A stretch of DNA of 32,000 bases, from assembly GCF_000621645.1 (NCBI RefSeq), contig NZ_JHXR01000003.1, positions 311,670-343,669 of the forward strand, in the 5' to 3' direction. The DNA comes from Vibrio cholerae ATCC 14035. Its GTDB lineage: Bacteria; Pseudomonadota; Gammaproteobacteria; Enterobacterales; Vibrionaceae. Below the pieces are notes generated by a model that worked only from the letters and a program-made list of their open reading frames with translations, searched no databases and was not told the origin of the DNA. Within the stretch, counting starts at the first letter, position 1, and every line of letters begins with the position of its first letter. Made by a program: the position numbers and the translations under genes. Below are positions 1-10,000 of the stretch, piece by piece.

Positions 1-109
1 TCGACATGACGTGTTTTATAAATAAAACTGTTAATAGTAATAATAGAGGCTTTTGGCTAGCACGAGAAGAAATGTGCTGTAGGAATGACCAAAGATTGAC
101 ATAGTAAGC

Positions 110-250
110 TTTACTCTGACCTTGTATCCTCTTCCTACTTGAAGCAGTAGCGGTGTTGGCTACGTTCGCCCCCCAATCACAGTGTTTATCTATATTCATG
201 GAGATGAACTCTCTTGTCGCCTACCTGCAACTCCAAGTCGTTTGGGTATA
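110..250. repeat. ERIC/IRU-like intergenic repeat, near full length (~141 bp imperfect palindrome)
   Basis: The sequence ...GTGTTGGCTACGTTCGCC...CTTGTCGCCTACCTGCAACTCCAAGTCGTTTGGGTATA closely matches the enterobacterial repetitive intergenic consensus as I remember it (..GGTTGGCTGCGTTCGCTCACCCC...CTTGCCGCCTTCCTGCAACTCGAATTATTTAGAGTATA). The left arm tttactctgacc.../cttcctacttgaagcag is roughly complementary to the right arm. It lies in stop-codon-rich non-coding DNA. Confidence 0.75.
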
Positions 251-326
251 GTGACGCTATTTACGTTTTCGCTTCTCTCTACTTCCCCTGCAACGCTCTT
301 TCTATCTAAGCAATGTGCTCATAAAT

Positions 327-369
327 GCAAATGAGAATGCTTTACATTTGATTTGTGAATTATTAAGAT
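327..369 (+). promoter_or_regulatory. Fur box overlapping a predicted sigma70 promoter of viuA
   Basis: GCAAATGAGAATGCTTTAC (327-345) matches the Fur consensus GATAATGATAATCATTATC at 12/19, inside an extended AT-rich run of hexamer-like repeats reaching ~385. A -35 TTTACA (341-346) and a -10 TAAGAT (364-369) are separated by a 17-nt spacer. This implies a ~240-nt leader before the viuA ATG. Confidence 0.5.
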
Positions 370-618
370 TCTCAATGATGTACGTTCTATGCAACTCAGT
401 GTCTTGGTTAAACCGTGGCTCAGTGCATTGTTACTGTATGTTCGTCGGAATACTTGCAATCAAGCGCATGGACTTGAGTCATGGTTTAGCAGTGCTGTTT
501 TGTTTTGCCGCGTACTTTTTCGTTCTGGTATTTGTCATTGAAAACGAAGGAAGCCTCTCATCTCCATACTGGCCTGAGCGCAGTGTAGTGGTTAATTTAG
601 AGTTAAGGAGAAATTCAA

Positions 619-2682
619 ATGGCAGTTTTATGCCCAGCGCGAGTCAGTGTTGCAGAGAACAAAAAGTTTAAATTGCACACCTTGTCGGCGATGATGATGG
701 GGCTTTTCACGGGCAGTTTTGCCTATGCGGAAACGCAGAATACGAGTAATCAAGAGCAAGAAATGCCCGTGTTGGTCGTGATTGGCGAAAAAACACAACG
801 CAGCATTTATGAGACGAGCGCGAGTGTCGAAGTGTTTGATCAAGACACGATTGAGAGAACACCCGGCGCAACAGAGATTGATGATCTCCTACAACTGATC
901 CCAAACCTTGTCGATTCGGGTCAAAGCAACAATATGCCCACGATTCGAGGTATCGATGGCTCGGGGCCTTCCGTTGGGGGCTTGGCCAGTTTTGCTGGCA
1001 CATCACCTCGCTTAAATATGTCGATTGACGGTCGTTCGCTGACTTATTCTGAAATTGCTTTTGGCCCTCGTTCACTCTGGGATATGCAGCAAGTGGAGAT
1101 CTATTTAGGGCCACAGAGCTACATTCAAGGGCGAAATACCTCGGCGGGCGCGATTGTGATGAAGTCTAACGACCCTACTCATCATTTTGAAAGTGCGGTA
1201 AAAGCAGGTATTGGCGAAAGCGATTATTCGCAAACAGCGGGTATGATCTCTGCACCTATTATTCAAGATGAGTTGGCATTTCGTTTGAGTTTTGATCAGC
1301 AGAAGCGGGATAGTTTTGTCGATCTTGCTGCTTTTGAACCCGCGGGCGATCCTAAAAAAATCGAGATGAATTCGGTGCGCGGTAAGCTGCTGTACGAACC
1401 TTCCGCACTGGATGGTTTTAAAACCACGTTAACGCTCTCTCATATGGATTCTCGTGGGCCACAAACAGAAAACATTAATGTGGCGGGTAACGAAGCCTTC
1501 CGACCGGTTTATGAGACAGCCTCGTTCACGACGGCGTGGGATATTATCTGGCATCTCAACGACCTCTTCACTTTTGAAAACAATCTGGTGTATGCCGATT
1601 TCAGCTATGACCGTTATACCAATCCCAATAGCCGAGGGGATTTCAATACCGATGGTAAAGAATTCCATATCGAACCGTTATTACGCTATATCGCACTGGA
1701 TGGTAGCGTGAATACGCTGATTGGGGCGCGTTACTACCAATCTTCACAGGATGATATGTACATTGATGCGGCCAGTGCATATCCGATGGATGGTCGCACT
1801 AAAGCCAAATCCGTTTTTGCGGAAGTCACTTATGCGTTAACGCCTTCTATCAATGTGAATTTGGCTGGCCGATTTGAAAGAGAGCAGGTTAAGCGAAACG
1901 TCTCGCACCCAAGATACAAGCTTGATTACGATGAAACATCCAGCGTATTTTTGCCTAAGCTCGATGTGGCATATACACCAGTGCAAGGGCAGACCTATGG
2001 GATTAAAGCGGCTAAAGGTTACAATGCGAGTGGGGCAGGACTAGCCTTTAACTCGATGCAATTTACAGGTTTTAGGCCCTACGAGTTTGAACAGGAATCG
2101 ATTTGGAACTATGAGTTTTACACCCGTCACCGTTTCAGCCATTCTGTCGAAGTGTTGACTAACCTTTTCTATAACGATTTTGACAGTATGCAGATGACGC
2201 AAACCACATCCAGTGGTGATGTGTTTATCGCTAACCTTGATGAAGCGAGCACTTACGGCGCTGAAATCGGATCACGTTGGTATGCGACCTCTTCACTCGA
2301 ACTTTTTGCCAACCTAGGGCTTTTGAAAACCGAGTTCAAAGAAACCACCGGAAACACCAAAGAGCTGCCTCGAGCACCGAAAATGTCAGCCAATGTTGGT
2401 CTGCTTTATGATTTTGGCCAAGGGTTTGAGTTCAGTAGTAATGCGGCTTATACCGGAAGCTATTTCTCGGAGAGTGGCAATTCAGAAAAATTTGCGATTG
2501 ACTCATATTGGGTTGCCAATGCTCAGTTAGCCTATGTTTTTGAGCATGGACGAGCAACCTTGTATGCCACTAACTTATTGGATTCTGATAAAACAACGCT
2601 TTATCTCTCAACCAATAATACGCTTGACCAACTTAAACAGCAGCCTCGCATGATTGGTGCATCGGTGCAGTTGAATTTCTAA
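619..2682 (+). CDS. viuA: TonB-dependent outer-membrane ferric-vibriobactin receptor
   Basis: 687-aa ORF with an AAGGAG RBS 8 nt upstream. It has a signal peptide ending ...FTGSFAYA/ETQ, a TonB-box-like PVLVVIG, a plug region (IRGIDGSG, LWDMQQVEIYLGPQS), and a long beta-barrel portion ending in the aromatic terminus ...SVQLNF. I recognise it as ViuA. Confidence 0.93.
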   Translation: MAVLCPARVSVAENKKFKLHTLSAMMMGLFTGSFAYAETQNTSNQEQEMPVLVVIGEKTQRSIYETSASVEVFDQDTIERTPGATEIDDLLQLIPNLVDSGQSNNMPTIRGIDGSGPSVGGLASFAGTSPRLNMSIDGRSLTYSEIAFGPRSLWDMQQVEIYLGPQSYIQGRNTSAGAIVMKSNDPTHHFESAVKAGIGESDYSQTAGMISAPIIQDELAFRLSFDQQKRDSFVDLAAFEPAGDPKKIEMNSVRGKLLYEPSALDGFKTTLTLSHMDSRGPQTENINVAGNEAFRPVYETASFTTAWDIIWHLNDLFTFENNLVYADFSYDRYTNPNSRGDFNTDGKEFHIEPLLRYIALDGSVNTLIGARYYQSSQDDMYIDAASAYPMDGRTKAKSVFAEVTYALTPSINVNLAGRFEREQVKRNVSHPRYKLDYDETSSVFLPKLDVAYTPVQGQTYGIKAAKGYNASGAGLAFNSMQFTGFRPYEFEQESIWNYEFYTRHRFSHSVEVLTNLFYNDFDSMQMTQTTSSGDVFIANLDEASTYGAEIGSRWYATSSLELFANLGLLKTEFKETTGNTKELPRAPKMSANVGLLYDFGQGFEFSSNAAYTGSYFSESGNSEKFAIDSYWVANAQLAYVFEHGRATLYATNLLDSDKTTLYLSTNNTLDQLKQQPRMIGASVQLNF

Positions 2683-2711
2683 ATGATATTTCAAATGGAC
2701 TGAAACAAAAC

Positions 2712-2745
2712 AACGCCTCTAAGTCAGCTGAGAGGCGTTTTTTTA
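2712..2745 (+). terminator. Rho-independent terminator of viuA
   Basis: Stem AACGCCTCT (2712-2720) pairs with AGAGGCGTT (2731-2739) across a 10-nt loop, followed by a T-run (tttttttat). Confidence 0.8.
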
Positions 2746-2843
2746 TGTTCGCATTTAAGTCTTGAGCTGAGCTCTCGAGGTTAAACCATATCCTAAGAAT
2801 CTGGGCTCCCTTGGTTAAGTTGATCGACAGTTGTGTAAAATTG

Positions 2844-2862
2844 GTTAATGATATACATTCTC
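2844..2862 (+). promoter_or_regulatory. Fur box upstream of viuB
   Basis: GTTAATGATATACATTCTC matches the 19-bp Fur consensus at 15/19. It lies ~125 nt upstream of the viuB ATG and downstream of the viuA terminator. Confidence 0.65.
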
Positions 2863-2985
2863 ATTTGAATTGATTGTTTACAGGGCCGAACCATTGTTTT
2901 TCAACTGGGGCAGAACGTTGGGAGGATTGAGTGAATGACACTCCCAGCAAGGTTGGCTAAGGCATAAGATAAATTAGGTGAAAGA

Positions 2986-3801
2986 ATGAGTAACGAAGTC
3001 GAGCGCGTTTATCCGAGATTACTGGATTTTGTGCGTAAAAAATATGTATCAAAAAACCTACTTCGAGTGACACTGACTGGTGAGGATTTAATTGGATTCC
3101 CCGAAGATCAAAATGGGTCACACATTAAGGTTTTTTTCCCTAATCAGGCGAGTGGCATACTCCAATTACCGATTCGTGAGGGTGATAAAGTCATTTGGCC
3201 AGAGCATAAACCGGTTCCGCGAGCGTATACCGTTAGACAATACCGAGCACAGAGCAATGAGCTTGATATCGATTTTGTTGTGCATGGAGAAGGAACACCG
3301 GGTGGTGGATGGGCGCTAAAAGCTCAAACTGGTTCACAACTCGGTTTGATAGGTCCCGGTGGGCCAGACCCTCTTATTGAGCCAGCAGATTGGCATATTA
3401 TGGCTGGCGATCTCTCTGCTGTGCCTGCGATCAGTGCCATTTTAGAAAAAATGCCTAGTCAGGCCAAAGGTTATGTATTTCTTGAAGTGGATGATATCGA
3501 AGATAAGCATGATATCTCCCATCCAGAACAGATGGTGATTAAGTGGTTAGTGCGCGATCCTAATCAGGCGCAACCCGTTTTGGCGATGGCGATTGAACAA
3601 CTGCCAGTACCGCAAGGCGCAGAGTCGCTTTCTGCTTTTGTGGCAGGAGAAAATGAGAGCGTTATTGCGTGTCGTAAAATTTTGCGCAATGAATATCGAA
3701 TCGCAAGAGATAAGATTTACGCCATTCCTTATTGGAAGCGCGGTAAAAACGAAGAGGCGTACCACGAAGAGCGCCATGTGGTGATGGATGAAGAGTTTTA
3801 A
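2986..3801 (+). CDS. viuB: Siderophore-interacting protein / ferric-vibriobactin utilisation reductase
   Basis: 271-aa ORF with the SIP-family layout: an N-terminal FAD-binding barrel carrying the RxYT motif (PRAYTVRQY) and a C-terminal NAD(P)H-binding-like half (HIMAGDLSAVPAISAILE ... AFVAGENESV). The position between viuA and vibF matches the known locus. Confidence 0.9.
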   Translation: MSNEVERVYPRLLDFVRKKYVSKNLLRVTLTGEDLIGFPEDQNGSHIKVFFPNQASGILQLPIREGDKVIWPEHKPVPRAYTVRQYRAQSNELDIDFVVHGEGTPGGGWALKAQTGSQLGLIGPGGPDPLIEPADWHIMAGDLSAVPAISAILEKMPSQAKGYVFLEVDDIEDKHDISHPEQMVIKWLVRDPNQAQPVLAMAIEQLPVPQGAESLSAFVAGENESVIACRKILRNEYRIARDKIYAIPYWKRGKNEEAYHEERHVVMDEEF

Positions 3802-3844
3802 CCTCTGACTCAGCACGGATTTCATTCACCTTGCCTGTTAATGT

Positions 3845-3868
3845 GGTAAGCCCCATCAGGGGCTTACC
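3845..3868 (+). terminator. Perfect 10-bp hairpin downstream of viuB (probable terminator)
   Basis: GGTAAGCCCC-atca-GGGGCTTACC. The 3' flank is pyrimidine-rich (aacccctctcttttccc) rather than a clean T-run. Confidence 0.55.
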
Positions 3869-3880
3869 AACCCCTCTCTT

Positions 3881-3925
3881 TTCCCTTCCTACAAAGCTTC
3901 TGATGTGTTGGCTGCGTTCGTGACT
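3881..3925. repeat. Truncated (left-half) ERIC-like repeat
   Basis: cttcctacaaagcttctgatgtgttggctgcgttcg aligns with cttcctacttgaagcagtagcggtgttggctacgttcg at 133-170 of the full copy, in the same orientation. Similarity is lost after ...cgttcg. Confidence 0.6.
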
Positions 3926-3969
3926 TTTTCAATCTCGAGGCTGACCGATTTCGCTCTTTACATGTAATT

Positions 3970-3988
3970 GATAATGATTATTATTAAC
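3970..3988 (+). promoter_or_regulatory. Fur box upstream of vibF
   Basis: GATAATGATTATTATTAAC matches the Fur consensus at 16/19. It lies ~60-70 nt upstream of the vibF start. Confidence 0.75.
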
Positions 3989-4046
3989 TAAAATTTACAC
4001 ATTAATGCGTTGCAAGACGATGTGTACCGAGTAAAGGGATGAATCT

Positions 4047-7000
4047 GTGGGTTTAAAGATGAAAGAAATGACAGCAATGCAAGCGGCTTATTGGCTAGGG
4101 CGTCAACACGACTGCTTGCTCGATGGTGTGGCCGCGCATCTCTACGCCGAATTTGATGGTCAAGCATTAAATCGACAGGCGCTAACGGAAGCGGTACGTG
4201 CGCTGTACGCGAAACATCCCATGTTACGTTTAGCGATCACCAAGGATGGACAGCAGAAGATCTTGCCGCTCTCAACTTTCCATCAGCTTAAAGTGGATGA
4301 CCTATCACAATGGAAGCCAGATGAGGTGGAGTCTTTTGTGCATACTAAGCGCCAGCGAATGACCCACCAGATGCTCGATTTAACTCAGGGAAACCCGATT
4401 GAGATCAGCTTGACTCTGTTGCCTGAGGGCAAACACCGATTACACATTGATGCGGATATGATTGCGTGTGATGCACAAAGTTTTCGGCTGTTGGTGGACG
4501 ATCTCACCTCACTCTATTTAGAGGCCATAGAGCATCGATTAGAGATCATTGAGTCTGATGTGGTGACTTTTTTCCAATATCTTGATGCTCAGCAAGCCGA
4601 TCGTGCTTTGGCAAAACGCAAAGAGGTGGATAAGAAATGGTGGCAAGAGCGTCTTGCGACGATTCCCGCCGAGCCAAGTTTGCCTTATCAACCCGTACCA
4701 ACCGACGCCGTTAGCGCAAACAGCCAAAGGTTTGCACACTGGTTCACTCCAGTGGAGCGCAAAGGGTTGGCGGAGGTTGCGCGGCAACATCATCTCACAC
4801 TGACCCAACTGACATTGGCACTCTTTTCACAAGTGATTGCCAATGCTTGCCAAGAGAGACAATTTCGACTCAATGTACCTACATTCCATCGCGGCAATCG
4901 CTCTTTGGATATTGAACACACGATCGGCGATTTTTCCAATTTGCTGATTTTTAGCGCCGATGTGGGAACGACTCAGACCCTGTTAAGCCTGTGTCAGCAA
5001 ACGGCTAACCAACTGCATCAATTACTTCGCCATGAAAGCTATTCAGGGGTTAGCGTGATGCGCGATTTATCGCGGAAACAGGGTGGGGTGCAGCGTTCAC
5101 CGATAGTCTTTACCTCAGGCATGGAAATGCGAGACGAGGAGATCTTTTCCGATCATGTCACTCAGCATTTAGGGCGTATGAATTGGGTGATTTCGCAGGG
5201 AGCGCAGGTGACTCTCGATGCGCAAATTGCTCCGGCTTATGAAGGGATTTTGCTCAATTGGGATGTGCGAATGGAAAACTTCGCTGATAAGGACATCACA
5301 GCGCTTTTCGCGCATTACGTTGATTTGATCCGCTGTGTGGCGCTGCATCCTGAGATGATGCAGCAAAGCGTACAACAGATTGACGCGCAACTCGGTTATG
5401 CTCGCCGCGAGTCGATTCAGGAGATGCCACTGACCCCTTTACAACAAGCTTACTTGCTAGGTCGCTCAACCCAAATTGCCTTAGGCGGCGTCGCGATGCA
5501 TGAGTTTCGTGAGTATCGAGGTCACATCGACACTCAGTCACTGCATAGCCGTCTGCTCTATCTCGTTGAGCATATTCCTGCCTTGAGAACTCGCATTGAT
5601 CAAGAGAAATGGATTCAGTGGGTCTCTCCTTGCATAGCGTTAAATTGGCAAGCCATCGATTTACAGCATCTTTCCCGCGAACAAGCCTTATTAGCGGTTG
5701 AGCCAGTCAGGCAGCAATATCAGCAGCGGATGCATGATTTAACGCGCTCGCCCTGGCAAATCTGTGTGGTGCAACTGCCAATAGAAGAGCAAGAGGAGTT
5801 CAGCTCCATCGTATTGACCAGCTTTGATGCTTTGATTGTCGATGGTCGCACCCATGCACTCATTCTTGCTGCACTACTAGGAAGCGAAGAACCCGATATA
5901 ACTCAGGTGGTGCAAAATGCTCGTGATACTCAGTCCATCTCGCCGCAATTCGCCTCCAAAAAAGCGCAAGATGAAGCGTATTGGAAAAGCAAACTTCATC
6001 CTGATTGCCCGCCGCCAGCACTGCCTTGGAAACAAGCATTAGAGACGATCACTACGTCTCGTTATGCTCGTGAAAGTTTGCAAATACCCAAAGAGAGTGT
6101 CGGTAAGCTCAATCGATGCGGCATTGAAAATGGCTTATTTCTCAATTCCTTGCTGACAGCAACCATCTTGGACGTGCTCTCCTATTGGACAACCGAAATC
6201 GGGATGCGAGTGGGTTTTCCGGTATTAATTCCAAGCAGTAATGCGATTGATGGCAATGAGTCATCCTTTGTGATCTTAGAGCATGAAAAATCCACCCTGA
6301 GTTTGCTGAGCCAAGCGAGCAAGCTACAGCGTGAGATGCTAGAGGCTCTTGAGCATCTTGCTTTTTCTGGCGTCGATCTTAACCGTCTGTTGATGAATCA
6401 AGCGCCGCAAGCTCTGGTGCTGCCGGTTGTGTTAACCAATGGTTTGTCTTGGAAAACCCTGAATCCAGAGGATGCTGTCACTCTGTTCGATGGGGTAACG
6501 CAAACTCCGCAGGTGGCTTTAGATATTCGCTTAACTTACGACGAGCAGAAAAACCTCATCATCAGCTTTGATTATGCTTTAGCGGTTTTAGAGACTGAGC
6601 TTATCCGCGAGATGTTAAGTGCCTTACATCATCGCTTGAGTCAGATCACTTCGTCAGCATCATTGGCCGCGCCGCTTGAGCCATGTATCGACCTTTCACA
6701 CTACCGTTTTAATAGCGATGAGTCGGCCAGTCACGATTGCGATTTTCTTGCCAAGTTAGCGCAGCAATTGTTTGTCCGCACAGAGGATAAAACCGCTGTG
6801 ATCTGCGGTGAACAAACCCTTTCTTATGCTCAATTGGGTGAGCAGGTTCAGCGCGTGATGTGGCAGCTCAAAGCGCGAGGGTTGACCACAGGAAATGTGC
6901 TCGCCATTTGCTTGCCACGCAGTGTTGAACATATCGTCATCAGTTTGGCTTCTGCACTTTCGGGGATTATCTGGGTACCTATTGATGCTGCGTCTCCCAA

Positions 7001-10000
7001 AGAGCGTCTGAATTACCTTTTAGAAAATTGTCACGCCGATCTGGTGGTGATGGATAAGCCCTGTGAGTTTGGCAATGTGATCGCTTTTGATGCCTTGATT
7101 GAGCCTGTCTTATTCGCCGATGGAGTACCTGACGTTACACCACTCGATCAATTAAGCCGATTAAGCCAAAGCCAACAAACGGCTTATTATCTTTATACCT
7201 CTGGCACTACGGGCAAACCTAAGTGCGTGGTGGTCAATAATCAGGCGACCTCGAATGTGATTGGTCAAACTGGCCAAGCGTGGCATCTCACCAGTGAGGA
7301 TGTGGTGATGTCAGTGACGCCATTGCATCATGATATGTCGGTGTTTGATCTCTTTGCCACCTTGAGCTTCGGAGCGACGTTAGTTCTTCCCGCTGGGCAT
7401 GAAGAAAAAGATGCGTTGCAATGGAATCGCTTAATTGAGCGGCATCAAGTGACGATTTGGGTCTCCGTCCCCGCTATCTTGGAGATGTTGCTCTCTTGCA
7501 CTCAAGCAGGGCAATTACACTCACTTCGTCTGATTGCCCAAGGGGGGGATTACATCAAACCTGCCACCATCGCCCAATTACGCGCTGGTTCAAATCCGCC
7601 GCGGTTGATCTCTTTGGGCGGTCCTACCGAGACGACGATTTGGAGCATCTGGCATGAGCTGACGGCAGATGATGTCAGCGTGATCCCATATGGTCGGCCG
7701 TTGGCGGGAAACCGTTATTTCATTATGGATGAGATACAACGCCATGTACCGCAAGGTGTGGTCGGCCGTATCTTCACCTCTGGGGTCAATTTAGCGCAAG
7801 GTTATCTTGAAGACGGCGAACTGAAACAAACCGATTTTGTCACCGTATTGGATGAGCATGGCCACCCTGTGCGCGCGTTTCGAACGGGCGATCAAGGCTA
7901 CTACCGCGCGGACGGCAATATCATTTTTGCTAGCCGCATCAATGGTTATGTGAAAGTTCGTGGGGTACGAGTGTCACTGCCGGATATCGAAAAGCAGCTG
8001 CAAACTCATCCGGCGCTCGCGAGCGTGGTGGTGGTCGATTATGCGGATACTAATGGAGATACCGCTTTAGCCGCATTATTTAGCGTTAAACCTCAGCAAT
8101 CAGCATCGAGTCAGGCGTTACGAGAGTTTGCCAAACAATCGCTACCGTCTTCGCATATTCCGAGTCGGTTTATTGCTTTAGAGGCTTTACCGCTTTCTGC
8201 GAATGGTAAAGTGGATCGCAAACAGTGCCAAGCGCATGTTCAGCGACAATCGATCTCTGTTGAACCAGTAGGTCAACCGAATCAAAGTCAACCTCTCTCA
8301 CCACCTACCTTGTCATCGGCTTCCTTGAGTGAGTTTGAACAGCGAGTCTGGCGACAGCATCAACGACATGGTGACGGACGCAATCAATATGCGACCGCTT
8401 ATCGATTGAGCGGAAAAGTGAATATCGCGCGCTTAATCACAGCGCTCAGTCAGTTGCCCAATCATTTTCCAGTGTTAAACCGACGCTATGTGCTTGATGA
8501 GGCATCCGGCTTAACCTTGTACTCGGCGAAGCCAACACCGCTTGAGATCCATTTTGAGCATGTTGAGTCAATGGATGAGGCGTTTGAACATCTTGTGCGA
8601 TGGCAAAATCAGCCGATGGATTTAGCCAAGCAAGCCACACTAAGTTTTTGCTTGTTGAGTTTGGGGAGCGAAGAGCGAGTGCTTGGGGTGATAAGCCATC
8701 AAATTATCAGCGAGCAATGGGATTGGCGGCGCGTATTTGAGTGCGTAACCAATGGGTATAACCAAATCGCCTGTGACATCGATCCTGTGATGGAGGGGGA
8801 GGATCTTTCCCTCGGCTTTACCCCTGTGATGCCGCAAACGCCATTATCCCAAGCGTTGTTGCCGTGGTTACAGCCTGCGAGCCACGCTACATGGATTGAG
8901 CAGAGCTTGCCGAGCGCAAATAGCGCCATCAATACGCTTTGCAGTCGTAAATATCGGATTGCCCTACACAGCAGCGTACTGGCGGAGCATGGTTTAGCGC
9001 AGCCGGATAAGCAGGAAGTGCTTGCACTGATCGCCGCGTTATTTGCTCGCTACCTTGCCGCAAGTGCGAAACTTGGCCAATTTGAGCTTTACGTTCCGCA
9101 TGATGTGGAGCGCAAAACGCGTGAGTTGAATGGTTCTATGATTGAAAGCCAGTTGGTGCATATCGCCCTTAAAGGCTTTGAGCGTCCGCTTTCGCAACTG
9201 AGCCAAGAGATCTTAGACGCTATGCGCCAGCCGTTAACGGGGGGAGTCGCTAGCGAAACTCACGCCTCTGCCGCAGCCTTGGTGACTTGGTTAGTGGATC
9301 CTTCAGTGCATCTACAATTGGAGGGCTTGCGCTGCGAAAAATTACTTTTTGCAGCCATGCACCCCAAATTTGAAGTCGCCTTGGGGGTTGGGCTTAATTG
9401 CCAAGGTGCCCTAGTACTTGAGCTGGCGTTAGATGCCACGGTTTCCCCCCATGTCGGAGCCTACTTGCTTGAGCAATTTGTCGCTGCGATAGGTGGGCGA
9501 ACAATGCCTTCTTCGACAACCTCATCCTCTCATGTCTCAGCCATTGAGTTGACGTCAAACAATCCGCCGACCTCAAACAATGCGCATGCGGCGTTGGCAG
9601 AGTCTGAGCTTGAATTGAGCGCTGTAAATTCCTCTGCGGTTGAAGAGTGCATTTTGGCTGAGTTTCGCTCAGCACTTGGTGTTGCCGAGATGACGGCAGA
9701 GGATGATTTCTTTGATTTTGGCGGACATTCCCTGATCGCAACGCGAGTCATTGGTCGCTTGTTGAGCGAGCAAGGTATTGAACTGCACATCAATGATATG
9801 TTTAGTTTCCCTAATGCCAAGCAACTGGCGCAGCAAGCCGTACTTCACCGTAAACCCACCAGCACATCATTCGCAGTGAGTGAGGTGGTCGAGTCGTCCA
9901 AAGCGCCTTTGTCGTTAGCACAAGCCTCTTTATGGAAGGCGATGAGCAAATACGCCAAGTTTGGTTTGACCCACATCTTCAATCTTCCGTTTGCGCTTAA

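Noticed and set aside
315-671. 118-aa ORF upstream of and overlapping the viuA start
   Set aside because: It begins upstream of the predicted viuA promoter and Fur box, and I saw no RBS. Its product is Cys/Phe/Leu-rich in a way typical of translated AT-rich leader DNA, and it runs into viuA out of frame. I treat it as non-coding leader sequence.
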